From Escherichia phage vB_EcoM_SYGD1: a stretch of DNA of 64,000 nucleotides. A program made the position numbers and the translations under genes. Below are positions 47,196-56,902 of this stretch, piece after piece. The DNA is taken from the sequence record MW883059. One strand, written 5' to 3'. How positions within the stretch are numbered: the first letter of the stretch is position 1; every line of letters begins with the position of its first letter. A model generated the notes under the pieces. The model was given only the letters and a program-made list of their open reading frames with translations. It did not search any database and was not told the origin of the DNA.

Positions 47196-47225
47196 GTTTA
47201 CAAGCATAAAGCTTTATGGTACTAT
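47196..47225 (+). promoter_or_regulatory. T4-type early promoter
   Basis: tttcacaaagtgGTTTAC ... tggtactat. Confidence 0.6.
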
Positions 47226-47407
47226 ACAACTATCAAAACAAACACTTAAACGGAAAACAAAATGAAAATTACACCAATTGAAGTAAAAAAGTTGATTGAT
47301 ACAGAAGAAATTTCAGAGTGTTTTGAAAGTTTCTTAGAAGACGCAACTGAAGATAACGCGGTTTATCTCGCCCAGAAAATTATCGAAACTTATTTGGAGA
47401 AGAATCA

Positions 47408-47671
47408 ATGACAGTTTACGTAGATGTTTTAATGAATCATGGATGGAAACTTCGCGGTCATCCAACTAAAAATTGTCATATGTTCACTGATGGAGATATT
47501 GAAGAGCTTCATAAAATGGCAGAAGCAATAGGAATGAAACGTTCTTGGTTTCAAGATAAACGCATTAAACATTATGACTTACACGCGCGCCGCCGCCAAA
47601 AAGCTGTAGAACTTGGAGCTGTAGAAGTATCTCGTCGCGAAGCAGTAAAAATTTGGCAAACATTAAAATAA
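47408..47671 (+). CDS. Small conserved-domain protein, hypothetical
   Basis: 87 aa, basic, His/Cys-containing (HGWKLRGHPTKNCHMF). Confidence 0.4.
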   Translation: MTVYVDVLMNHGWKLRGHPTKNCHMFTDGDIEELHKMAEAIGMKRSWFQDKRIKHYDLHARRRQKAVELGAVEVSRREAVKIWQTLK

Positions 47672-47674
47672 ATT

Positions 47675-47704
47675 GTTTACAGTAGGGTAGTAGTGTGATA
47701 CTAT
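47675..47704 (+). promoter_or_regulatory. T4-type early promoter
   Basis: gtttac ... tgtgatactat. Confidence 0.6.
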
Positions 47705-47740
47705 TACCCTATCAAAACAAATGTGAAATTGGAGAATAAA

Positions 47741-48709
47741 ATGAAAACTGTAACTATCAATAAGGGTATCTACTTCGGTAAAGAAATCTCTGGAACTTTT
47801 GAGCTCTTAGGCGAATGGTTCCCAGATAATGCTCCGGTAGATGCACAAGGAGATGGTAAAGTTTTTGTTGAAATTGACGGTAAGCGTCGCGGTGTTTGGG
47901 TTTACAAATCAGACATTTCATATGATGGTGTAAAAGTTGAAGAAGTTAAAGAATCGTATGAAGATATGAAAACCCGCATTAATAAAAGATTTAATGTTAT
48001 GGGAATGATGACGAATGGTATTATTAACGGAAATATTCGTTCATTGATTATCTCTGGCGCAGCAGGTATTGGTAAAACGTATTCTTTAGATAAAGCTTTA
48101 AATAAAGCAAATGATATTGGATACATTGAATATAAAAGCATTAATGGTAAAATCTCTGGTATTGGTCTTTATGAACAGCTTTGGAATAATCGTGAAGAGA
48201 ATTCTGTCCTTTTGATTGATGATGTGGATGTTTTCTCTGATATGGACATTCTTAATCTTCTAAAAGCCGCTCTGGACACCGGAGAGACCCGTAAAGTCTG
48301 CTGGAGCACTGCATCTTCTTACTTAGAAGAAAAAGGCATTGAGCGTGAGTTTGAATTTAAAGGAACGATTGTTTTTATCACAAACGTTGACATTGACCGC
48401 GAATTAGACCGTGGTACTAAACTTGCTCCACATTTACAAGCATTAGTGTCCCGCTCAGTTTATTTGGATTTGGGTGTTCACACTAATGAAGAAATTATGG
48501 TCAGGGTTGAAGATGTTATTCTTTCAACCGACATGATGCAAAAGCGCGGTCTTTCTGATGAAGAAACTTATAAAGCATTATCATGGATGAAAGTCAATGT
48601 TAATCGTTTACGCAATGTTTCACTGCGTACTGCACTTTATCTTGCTGACTTTATTATGACCGACAAAAATCATTGGGAAGAAATTGCTGAAACGGTATTA
48701 TTAAAATGA
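47741..48709 (+). CDS. P-loop (AAA-like) ATPase
   Basis: Walker A GAAGIGKTYS, Walker B LLIDDVD; ORF 47723-48709, start at MKTVTINKG assumed. Confidence 0.55.
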   Translation: MKTVTINKGIYFGKEISGTFELLGEWFPDNAPVDAQGDGKVFVEIDGKRRGVWVYKSDISYDGVKVEEVKESYEDMKTRINKRFNVMGMMTNGIINGNIRSLIISGAAGIGKTYSLDKALNKANDIGYIEYKSINGKISGIGLYEQLWNNREENSVLLIDDVDVFSDMDILNLLKAALDTGETRKVCWSTASSYLEEKGIEREFEFKGTIVFITNVDIDRELDRGTKLAPHLQALVSRSVYLDLGVHTNEEIMVRVEDVILSTDMMQKRGLSDEETYKALSWMKVNVNRLRNVSLRTALYLADFIMTDKNHWEEIAETVLLK

Positions 48710-49425
48710 AAAAATATTTTACTATCTATAAAACTGAAATATTAAATTTAAAGACAGGTATTAAGAAATACTATTATGGTCGACATATAACTAATAACAT
48801 CAATGATTCGTATGTTGGTAGTGGAAATTATATAGAACGTGTAAAAGTGTCAAATGACCACATATTATCAAAAACGGTTTTAGAAGTTTTTGATAATTAT
48901 GATAAAATGGTACAAGCTGAAATATTATATATCATGGCAGGTAAATTGAAATATGGAAAAAACTGTGTTAACCTGTCATACGGGGGTGAAGGAGGAAAGG
49001 TTGCAGATGAAACTAGGATAAAATGCAAAAAGCATTCTATAAATTTATGGAAAAATCCTAATCATATACAGCATATGAAGAAAAAGATGAAAGAGGTTAC
49101 ATCCACGCCGGAAGCTAAATTAAACACTTCAATAAAAACTTCGCAACGATATAAGGACCCAGTTTTTGTTAGAAAAGTTAGTAATATTATTAAAAAGAAA
49201 CTAAGCAATCCTGTAGTAAAAGAAAAGCATATTAATGGAATTAAAGCTGCAAAGCGTTCTCATTTAACTATATGGCAGTATGAAGATGAATTATTCGAGC
49301 TTTGGAAAGAAACTAAATATGGATGGAGAAAATTTACAAAGGAAGCTATAAAACACGGATATCCAAATGAACCGTATCGTAGTATGGTATCAACTTTTCA
49401 GAAAAGACATTTAGAAGAATCCTAA
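48706..49425 (+). CDS. GIY-YIG homing endonuclease (seg-like)
   Basis: YFTIYKTEILNLKTGIKKYYYGRH...YVGSG; C-terminal basic repeats. Confidence 0.65.
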   Translation: MKKYFTIYKTEILNLKTGIKKYYYGRHITNNINDSYVGSGNYIERVKVSNDHILSKTVLEVFDNYDKMVQAEILYIMAGKLKYGKNCVNLSYGGEGGKVADETRIKCKKHSINLWKNPNHIQHMKKKMKEVTSTPEAKLNTSIKTSQRYKDPVFVRKVSNIIKKKLSNPVVKEKHINGIKAAKRSHLTIWQYEDELFELWKETKYGWRKFTKEAIKHGYPNEPYRSMVSTFQKRHLEES

Positions 49426-49508
49426 GACAAAAAAGGCAGTTCAGAAATAGATTATATGGACTGCCATTAAAAAGATGACTAGAATTAAACTTGTAAATGG
49501 AGGTAATG

Positions 49509-49811
49509 ATGTTATACTCAAAGGCTCGTGAAATTTACGAAACTAAAATTAAAGAAGCAGTACTTCAATTCGCAACAACGATGCGATGGACAAATGATTG
49601 GGAGTATTCAAAAAATCATAAGAAGCCCCTGGTGACAAGAAAGGCTCATATGTTAGTGTTAATAGACCGTGAGCAGATTAAAGCCCGAGAAGCCCTCCAG
49701 AATCATAAAAAGGCTGCCTTTGAATGGTTTATGGATAACACTGCTCCTGAGACTAAGAAAGCAGTGAGCGCTTGGTTCAGTGGAAAAAATTGTGAAAGAA
49801 GTTTCTTTTAG
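49509..49811 (+). CDS. Hypothetical protein
   Basis: ORF 49497-49811. Confidence 0.35.
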   Translation: MLYSKAREIYETKIKEAVLQFATTMRWTNDWEYSKNHKKPLVTRKAHMLVLIDREQIKAREALQNHKKAAFEWFMDNTAPETKKAVSAWFSGKNCERSFF

Positions 49812-49813
49812 TG

Positions 49814-49844
49814 GTTTACAAGACTGTTCCTCTGTGGTACTATA
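49814..49844 (+). promoter_or_regulatory. T4-type early promoter
   Basis: gtttac ... tggtactat. Confidence 0.6.
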
Positions 49845-49871
49845 CAACTATCAACTACGGAGGAACAGAAA

Positions 49872-50399
49872 ATGAACGCTAAAGATATTTTCAACCTGGT
49901 AAATTACAATGATGGTAAATTTAAATCTGAAGCACAAAGCAAGTTCTTTAATGACATCTCAATCGGAGGTGAAATCACTGTTGATGGAGGACAAATTTAC
50001 AAATCGCGTTGGAATTGGATCGTTATTATTGATGAGATCGGTATTGTAGAAATTTACAAGAATACGAATAAAAATCGTACATTACATTGGTCTCGTGATA
50101 CTAACGAACAGTACAAAAAGGATAAAGCATCTAAATTATCTCGTGTAACTCAAGAAGATATTGAGTTCATCAAGAAAGATATTTTAATGTATGATAACTT
50201 AATTGCTGAAGAGCAAGCTGTTATTGATAAATTTGACGAGATTAAAGCTTCTCGTGAAATTCCTGATTTTATGAAAGAATCAGTAAATGAACGATACACT
50301 CTCATTTCAGAGCGTATTGAAACTTACAAAAAGCAAAGAGCTGAACGCCAAAATACTCTTCGGAAGTTTGAAGAACGGTTAAAGACGGTACTCGCATAA
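49872..50399 (+). CDS. Hypothetical protein
   Basis: 175 aa. Confidence 0.4.
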   Translation: MNAKDIFNLVNYNDGKFKSEAQSKFFNDISIGGEITVDGGQIYKSRWNWIVIIDEIGIVEIYKNTNKNRTLHWSRDTNEQYKKDKASKLSRVTQEDIEFIKKDILMYDNLIAEEQAVIDKFDEIKASREIPDFMKESVNERYTLISERIETYKKQRAERQNTLRKFEERLKTVLA

Positions 50400-50454
50400 C
50401 TGCTTTATACCAAGGATGGTATAATGGTTCTAAGCCCTTTTAATTGAGATTATT

Positions 50455-50862
50455 ATGAAACAGTTGATAATTAAAAGATTGAATTTATTGATATGTTGTT
50501 TATGTATAGTAATTGCATATGGTTATTATGCTATTAATGATTATATGCATTATAAAGATTATGATGTTACTGTAGTTAATACCCTTACAGGAACTCAAGG
50601 AAAGGGGTCTAGTTTATCGTTTATTGCTGTATATGAACTAAATGACGGTTATAGATTTAGTGAATATATTTCCCCGGAGATGTATTCTTCAATAGAAAAA
50701 GGTGATAATATTACTGTAAGTTTACGTCCTTTCGACGTAAAACAGACACTGTTTGATAATATTGTTTGGTTCTTTGGAATGGTATTAGTTCAATCTGTGT
50801 GTGGTGCTTATATAGTCTGTTCCATCTTATTCTGTATATTTAGTAAAATTGAAATTGAGTGA
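50455..50862 (+). CDS. Hypothetical membrane protein
   Basis: 135 aa; hydrophobic N- and C-terminal segments. Confidence 0.4.
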   Translation: MKQLIIKRLNLLICCLCIVIAYGYYAINDYMHYKDYDVTVVNTLTGTQGKGSSLSFIAVYELNDGYRFSEYISPEMYSSIEKGDNITVSLRPFDVKQTLFDNIVWFFGMVLVQSVCGAYIVCSILFCIFSKIEIE

Positions 50863-50869
50863 GGAAAAT

Positions 50870-51760
50870 ATGTCAGTAGTAATTAATAATGTCAATGCAG
50901 TAATTAAATCTTTAGTTAATAAAAAAATGATGAATGAATGGACTGTATTTCGTCGTGGAGAGCCAGATAAATTTTTTCATAGATTTAACCCAACTTTGGA
51001 TTTGAATGTTATCGACAGAGATGTTCATGCTGAAATTTTAGATAAGTTTAAAGTTGATATTGGATTTGGATTAGAAAAACATTTGCAGCGAACAACCGGG
51101 TCTGGAATGAGTTTATCTAATCGCATTATGAAAGCCCTTAATAAAATTGGAGCGTTGTCTCGTATTAATGCAAGTGAAATTCTTCGTAATTACAATAAAG
51201 GATATGACCTTTATGGTCGACTGATGCCAAAATTATCATTCGATCAAATGATTGCGGATTTGTGGGAAAATCAACGCCGATTATTAGCATTGGGCGCTCG
51301 ATTAGCTAAAGGTCTAGATAAACAAATGATTTTTAAGACCAATAATACAGAAGACCTTAAATGCTTTAAATTTAGTATTCGTGGAGATGATTATTACATC
51401 AGAGCTCACTCTACAGATTATGTTAATATGGGGCATCATCTCTGTTTAGCTTTTGAAGTTTTAAAAGAAGCTGGAACATTAGAATATACGTCTGGTGCTA
51501 AATGCCCGATTGGTTCAAATTGCATTTTGATTTATCGCCCGAATGAATCCAGTTCAACTACATTGCCTACAAAACCTGTACCAGTTCGTAGTAACGAAAA
51601 ACATTCTGAACAAATTGATTATTTTAATAAGCAGATTGAAGAGCTGAATATTTCTATTCAACAGTATGATGATGAAATTTTCAGACTATCTGGATTGAGT
51701 AGTAAAGCTAAATCTGAGCGTGAAAAGTTAATTAAAATCGTTGATTTACTTAAATCTTAA
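50870..51760 (+). CDS. Hypothetical protein with C-terminal coiled coil
   Basis: ORF 50849-51760; ATG 50870 after SD gaggaaaa. Confidence 0.45.
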   Translation: MSVVINNVNAVIKSLVNKKMMNEWTVFRRGEPDKFFHRFNPTLDLNVIDRDVHAEILDKFKVDIGFGLEKHLQRTTGSGMSLSNRIMKALNKIGALSRINASEILRNYNKGYDLYGRLMPKLSFDQMIADLWENQRRLLALGARLAKGLDKQMIFKTNNTEDLKCFKFSIRGDDYYIRAHSTDYVNMGHHLCLAFEVLKEAGTLEYTSGAKCPIGSNCILIYRPNESSSTTLPTKPVPVRSNEKHSEQIDYFNKQIEELNISIQQYDDEIFRLSGLSSKAKSEREKLIKIVDLLKS

Positions 51761-51768
51761 GGAATACC

Positions 51769-52698
51769 ATGAAAACTCGTAAACAATATATTGATTATTT
51801 TGACAGTCTTATTACTAAACACCGTAATTATCAAATCGGGCACAGAGCAGTAATCAATAATATTCTTCGTGATTTCCTTCAATATGTTGGCCAGGAAAAT
51901 CATATCTGTAAAGATACACAGAACGCTTATTCTCATTCGTTAGGCAATTTGCTTCAATGGTTTAAACGTTCTCGTCTGTTATCTTCTACTGTAGCTAGTG
52001 ATAACATTAAAAACTTTATGAAGCCGAGCTTCATTAAATCTGCGACATCTATAACCGATTTGGTTGAATTTACTATTGTTAACGATGTTAAAAAGACCCA
52101 TTTGGCTGATTGGTTATCTACCATTCCTGAAACTAAATTTGCTGATAAATTTGCTTATCAATTCAATGACCAAGTGAATATGCTTTTTAAGCATGCTCGT
52201 AAACTATTTACCGCGGGCGATGACCGTACAAATACAGTTCATGTTAAGGATTGGGTTATTGCTGATGAAGTAACACACAAGCCGGGTGGTTCATCAGTAT
52301 TAATTAATATCCAGGTTCCTTATTACTACTCACGTAATCTCGGCACCATGACAGCTAGAGAAATTAATAAGCATAACAAAACTATTCGTTCGTTGTCTTA
52401 TAAACTCTGCACGATGGTGGAGATGATGGACGTAGTGGAAATGTATGATGAAACCGAAGATAATAGTTCAATGTTATACAGTTCACGTATTCTAATTAAA
52501 CTGAAGAACCCTAATACATATAAGCCAGCTGTAAAAGAACCTAAAGCAGAAAAGGTTGATAACCTGAACGAAGAACGTGAATATCTCAATGCTCGTTTGA
52601 TTGAAGTTGAAGCCCAGATTGCCGAACACACCAAATTGTTAAAAGCTCTTAATGCAAAAGCAAATGGTTTACGTAATGCTATTGAGGTATTGAAATGA
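51769..52698 (+). CDS. Hypothetical protein with C-terminal coiled coil
   Basis: 309 aa; same domain layout as preceding ORF. Confidence 0.45.
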   Translation: MKTRKQYIDYFDSLITKHRNYQIGHRAVINNILRDFLQYVGQENHICKDTQNAYSHSLGNLLQWFKRSRLLSSTVASDNIKNFMKPSFIKSATSITDLVEFTIVNDVKKTHLADWLSTIPETKFADKFAYQFNDQVNMLFKHARKLFTAGDDRTNTVHVKDWVIADEVTHKPGGSSVLINIQVPYYYSRNLGTMTAREINKHNKTIRSLSYKLCTMVEMMDVVEMYDETEDNSSMLYSSRILIKLKNPNTYKPAVKEPKAEKVDNLNEEREYLNARLIEVEAQIAEHTKLLKALNAKANGLRNAIEVLK

Positions 52699-53243
52699 AA
52701 AAGCGTCTATTAGAAGATATTGCAGCTTCAAGTAATTCCAGTCTAATTAAAATCATTATGGCTGGTGAAGAAGACGATTTAGAAATGCGTGGAAAGATTC
52801 ATGGTTGTGACGATTTAGATTTTAAACCTCCAGCGTGGGATGCCATTATGGTTATGGTTGAACGTCGCGAAAGGGCTTCTAAGATTGTTCCGAACTGCCC
52901 AAAATGTGGTACTGAACAGGTCCAATTGATTAACTGGCGTAAACCAGAGCTTGAATATAAATGTCGTCATTGCAAACACCGATTTGAGAGAGAGAAGAAA
53001 ATGGCCAAGCGTAAAGAATATATGGAGATTGCTGAAAAAGCAGTCCGTGAATTAGCAATAGCTTATTATAATGAACATGGTAAATTTCCTGATAGATACA
53101 GCGTGCTTAAATCTGCTTTAACTCGTTCATATAAAAATATGCTATCAGAAGTAAGTGATATTATATACAAACATAAAGAACAAACGGGCCAAAGTCTTGA
53201 TTATGACGAGACTTTTAAACAAGTACTAGGAATTAAGGAATAA
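52695..53243 (+). CDS. Hypothetical zinc-ribbon protein
   Basis: CPKCGTEQ...CRHCKH four-Cys ribbon. Confidence 0.4.
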   Translation: MKKRLLEDIAASSNSSLIKIIMAGEEDDLEMRGKIHGCDDLDFKPPAWDAIMVMVERRERASKIVPNCPKCGTEQVQLINWRKPELEYKCRHCKHRFEREKKMAKRKEYMEIAEKAVRELAIAYYNEHGKFPDRYSVLKSALTRSYKNMLSEVSDIIYKHKEQTGQSLDYDETFKQVLGIKE

Positions 53244-53244
53244 T

Positions 53245-53508
53245 ATGTTTAAAGTATATGGTTATGATAGCAGCATCCATAAATGTGTGTATTGCGATAA
53301 TGCAAAACGTCTTTTGACTGTAAAGAAACAGCCGTTTGAATTTATCAACATTATGCCGGAAAAAGGTGTTTTTGATGATGAGAAAATCGCTGAGCTTCTG
53401 ACTAAACTAGGTCGTGATACTCAAATTGGTTTGACGATGCCACAAGTATTTGCTCCCGATGGAAGTCATATTGGTGGATTTGATCAATTGCGGGAATACT
53501 TTAAATGA
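53245..53508 (+). CDS. nrdC: Glutaredoxin (T4 thioredoxin) NrdC
   Basis: 87 aa; CVYC active site; matches T4 NrdC from memory. Confidence 0.85.
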   Translation: MFKVYGYDSSIHKCVYCDNAKRLLTVKKQPFEFINIMPEKGVFDDEKIAELLTKLGRDTQIGLTMPQVFAPDGSHIGGFDQLREYFK

Positions 53509-53720
53509 TGCTCGAAGGAACTGATTATATCCATGACTATCGCGGAAGCGCGGTATATGTAGGTGATGAGGTTGCAGTTTATTATGGGTATGGAACTTTG
53601 ATGACAGCAAAGGTTATTCAAATTAAAAATGGCCGCGCTAAACTCGAAGTTTATTATTCTAACGGCGAAAAGTCTATTTCTAAATGGAAATATGGCGATT
53701 GTATGGTCAAACTGGGGTAA
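53505..53720 (+). CDS. Hypothetical protein
   Basis: 71 aa. Confidence 0.35.
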   Translation: MMLEGTDYIHDYRGSAVYVGDEVAVYYGYGTLMTAKVIQIKNGRAKLEVYYSNGEKSISKWKYGDCMVKLG

Positions 53721-53722
53721 AT

Positions 53723-53893
53723 ATGATTTACGATATTAGTGTATCAAGAACTCCGTCAATGGTTACTATTCCAGCCGAAGAATTAGATCGTCTTCAGAAA
53801 ATTGAAGAGCTTCTTTGGGAAATTGAATCTGATTTGCCATCAGGACTAGAATCCTGGATTGATTATGAAGAACTTAATAAATTGCGAAATTAA
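53723..53893 (+). CDS. Hypothetical protein
   Basis: ORF 53684-53893; start at MIYDISV assumed. Confidence 0.3.
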   Translation: MIYDISVSRTPSMVTIPAEELDRLQKIEELLWEIESDLPSGLESWIDYEELNKLRN

Positions 53894-53903
53894 TTGGTGA
53901 CAA

Positions 53904-54224
53904 ATGACTATTGAAAATAAATTTGATGTTGATGCAGTTCTGAGTGAAATCATCGAAGACCATGATGCATTTTCAGAAAACTATGATTTCGATTTTTCCG
54001 ATTATCTTAAACCTATCGAAATAGAAGATTGGGTACAAGACGGTAAATGCCAATATCGCCAGTGTGTTTATTTTAGTCCAAAACATAACGTTCATGTGTC
54101 TGTAAATGAATCTCGCTCAGGTTCTTACCATTCTGACTGGTATTATGCAGTTCCGACTGTTGAACTAGTCGAGCCCCGTGAACGTGTAGTAACTCAGACA
54201 ATACGAGAATGGATTACGCTATAA
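53904..54224 (+). CDS. Hypothetical protein
   Basis: 106 aa. Confidence 0.35.
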   Translation: MTIENKFDVDAVLSEIIEDHDAFSENYDFDFSDYLKPIEIEDWVQDGKCQYRQCVYFSPKHNVHVSVNESRSGSYHSDWYYAVPTVELVEPRERVVTQTIREWITL

Positions 54225-54347
54225 AACCTTGGTGGGCGGCTAGATGGGAAACAGTAGAGCCAGAGCCGGAAGAACCGGTTTACACTGATGAAGAAACAGT
54301 ATATAATGAACCTACAATAAATGACATAATTGATATGGAGATGGGAC

Positions 54348-54833
54348 ATGATTACAGTAGATAAGTGGTTTAGAATTAATCGTGCTGATAAAGGGCTGTG
54401 TAATTACTGGCCGGAACTTAGTGCAGGTACTGTCTTTAAAGTTCGTGAACTTGCAAAAAAATGTGAAGATGATATAGAACCTGATACTGGAATTATTGAA
54501 ATTGAACTTTCTGACGGAAAGGTTATTAACATCTATGATAAGCCAATTACGTATTGGTGCTTATGGAATACTGAATCCGTTGAAAATGGCGAAATTGAAG
54601 AAGTTGTAGAGAGAACTAGTCAAGATGTTCAAATACCTAAAGCCGATTTTCAAGGTGAACGTATTTCATACGCATTAGCTAAATTAGCTGCACAAGAAAA
54701 TAACGATGGCTATGAAGGTAACCTGATGCAAGCTGCGGCAGAATATATTGAATGGCTTGAAACCCAAATTTCTTTTTCTGACCAAAAGATTCGGCAATAT
54801 AAGCGATTGAATCAAATGTTTTACAATACTTGA
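54348..54833 (+). CDS. Hypothetical protein (possibly Pin-like protease inhibitor by position)
   Basis: About 161 aa from Met 54348; located where T4 has pin next to gene 49; no motif support. Confidence 0.3.
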   Translation: MITVDKWFRINRADKGLCNYWPELSAGTVFKVRELAKKCEDDIEPDTGIIEIELSDGKVINIYDKPITYWCLWNTESVENGEIEEVVERTSQDVQIPKADFQGERISYALAKLAAQENNDGYEGNLMQAAAEYIEWLETQISFSDQKIRQYKRLNQMFYNT

Positions 54834-54875
54834 AAATAATAAATACCCTTATCTATTTAAGGTAAGGGTTTTATT

Positions 54876-55349
54876 ATGTTATTGACTGGCAAATTATACA
54901 AAGAAGAAAAACAGAAATTTTATGACGCACAAAACGGTAAATGCTTAATTTGCCAACGAGAACTAAATCCTGATGTTCAAGCTAATCACCTTGACCATGA
55001 CCATGAATTAAATGGACCAAAAGCAGGAAAGGTGCGTGGATTGCTCTGTAATCTCTGCAATGCAGCGGAAGGTCAAATGAAACACAAATTTAATCGTTCT
55101 GGCTTAAAAGGACAAGGCGTTGATTATCTTGAATGGTTAGAAAATTTACTTACTTATTTAAAATCCGATTACACCCAAAATAATATTCACCCTAACTTCG
55201 TTGGAGATAAATCAAAGGAATTTTCTCGTTTAGGAAAAGAGGAAATGATGGCTGAGATGCTTCAAAGAGGATTTGAATATAATGAATCTGACACTAAAAC
55301 ACAATTAATAGCTTCATTTAAGAAGCAGCTTAGAAAGAGTTTAAAATGA
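54876..55349 (+). CDS. 49: Endonuclease VII (Holliday junction resolvase)
   Basis: 157 aa; Cys pairs and HLDHDHELNG catalytic region. Confidence 0.85.
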   Translation: MLLTGKLYKEEKQKFYDAQNGKCLICQRELNPDVQANHLDHDHELNGPKAGKVRGLLCNLCNAAEGQMKHKFNRSGLKGQGVDYLEWLENLLTYLKSDYTQNNIHPNFVGDKSKEFSRLGKEEMMAEMLQRGFEYNESDTKTQLIASFKKQLRKSLK

Positions 55350-55864
55350 CAATTGAAAAAGAAATTGAAGGATTGATTCATAAAACTAATAAAGACCTTT
55401 TAAACGAGAATGCTAATAAAGATTCTCGTGTTTTTCCAACTCAACGGGACCTTATGGCTGGTATTGTGTCTAAACACATTGCCAAAAATATGGTCCCGTC
55501 TTTTATTATGAAAGCGCATGAAAGCGGAATTATTCATTTCCATGATATTGATTATTCCCCTGCTCTTCCATTTACTAATTGCTGTTTAGTAGATTTAAAA
55601 GGAATGCTTGAGAACGGGTTTAAGCTTGGTAATGCACAGATTGAAACCCCTAAATCAATTGGCGTTGCTACTGCAATTATGGCACAAATTACTGCACAGG
55701 TTGCTTCCCATCAATATGGCGGAACGACTTTTGCGAATGTAGATAAAGTACTTTCTCCTTATGTTAAACGCACCTATGCGAAACATATTGAGGACGCGGA
55801 AAAATGGCAAATCGCAGATGCATTGAATTATGCCCAATCTAAAACAGAAAAAGATGTCTATGAC
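55346..55864 (+). CDS. nrdD: Anaerobic ribonucleotide reductase NrdD, exon 1 (3' boundary approximate)
   Basis: Reading frame closes at 55891 inside the intron; exon end estimated, not determined. Confidence 0.6.
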
Positions 55865-56897
55865 GCGTTCCAGGCGTATGAGTTAATTTAATTCAGGCTC
55901 ATGTAAAACCGGTCTAAACGGGGAACCTCTCTAGTAGACAATCCCGTGCTAAATGTTCTTTTGAACTAAATGCCTAACGACTAACCGTGATGAATGTAGC
56001 GGTGTAGAATAGAAGCTAATGCTATTCGAAACGGCCGGCATCGAAAGATGAAGATATAGTCTAATCTGCATGGCGACATGCAGCAGTCATCTTGTATAAA
56101 TAAGATTATCTTATGAATACGAGGTGAAACAATGAAATGGATAAAAAGACGTTGTACTAAAATAAAAGATAAAGACGCATTTACATACTTAGTTAAGTTT
56201 TCTAATGGTGACATTTATATCGGTTATAAAAAATTTAGAACAATTAAAAACAAGCCCACAAACTGGAAAACTTACACAACGTCATCTAAGTATATAAATG
56301 AACGCTTAAAAACTGATACACCTACTAAATGGATAATTTTAAAAACATTTGATAGTTATAAAGATGCATTAAAACATGAAGAAGAGGTCATACGTAAATA
56401 TTTTTATAGCAAAAAATGTTTAAATAAATCCATAGGCGGTAAAAAGTTTTATAAGCATCCGGATACTGAAGAACATATTCAAAAATTAAGAGATGCTCAT
56501 AAGGGTAAAGTGTTATCCGAATCTCATAAAAACAATATAAAATCTTCTGTAGCTGAATATTATGCTAAAAACGGAAGATCTAAGGAACATGTGCAAAATA
56601 ATATCAATAGTCGAAAAAGTAAAAAACAAGTATCGATAAAGCTTAAAAATAAAACTTTTAGAAGTTTTAAAAAAGCAGCGGAATATTTAAATTGCACTGA
56701 AAGTGAAGTCGAAACTCATCCTCTTGTTTTGAGTATTAAGACTACTATTCATAAAGTTCCTGAATATGTGGTTGTTGACGGTATTAAGTATACGTCTTAT
56801 ATAGAAGCAGCTAAAGCGCTAAATTTTCATCCTAGCACTATAAAAGAACGTTGCATATCTATGGACTATCCAAATTTTGTTGTTTCATATAAACGGG
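55865..56897 (+). mobile_element. Group I self-splicing intron in nrdD carrying a homing endonuclease ORF (boundaries approximate)
   Basis: nrdD frame is interrupted by about 1 kb holding a free-standing GIY-YIG ORF, then resumes; T4 nrdD has a group I intron of similar size. Confidence 0.6.
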
Positions 56898-56902
56898 CAT
56901 GA
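56132..56902 (+). CDS. Intron-encoded GIY-YIG homing endonuclease (I-TevII-like)
   Basis: 256 aa; FTYLVKFSNGDIYIGYKK GIY-YIG motif; inside nrdD intron. Confidence 0.7.
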   Translation: MKWIKRRCTKIKDKDAFTYLVKFSNGDIYIGYKKFRTIKNKPTNWKTYTTSSKYINERLKTDTPTKWIILKTFDSYKDALKHEEEVIRKYFYSKKCLNKSIGGKKFYKHPDTEEHIQKLRDAHKGKVLSESHKNNIKSSVAEYYAKNGRSKEHVQNNINSRKSKKQVSIKLKNKTFRSFKKAAEYLNCTESEVETHPLVLSIKTTIHKVPEYVVVDGIKYTSYIEAAKALNFHPSTIKERCISMDYPNFVVSYKRA

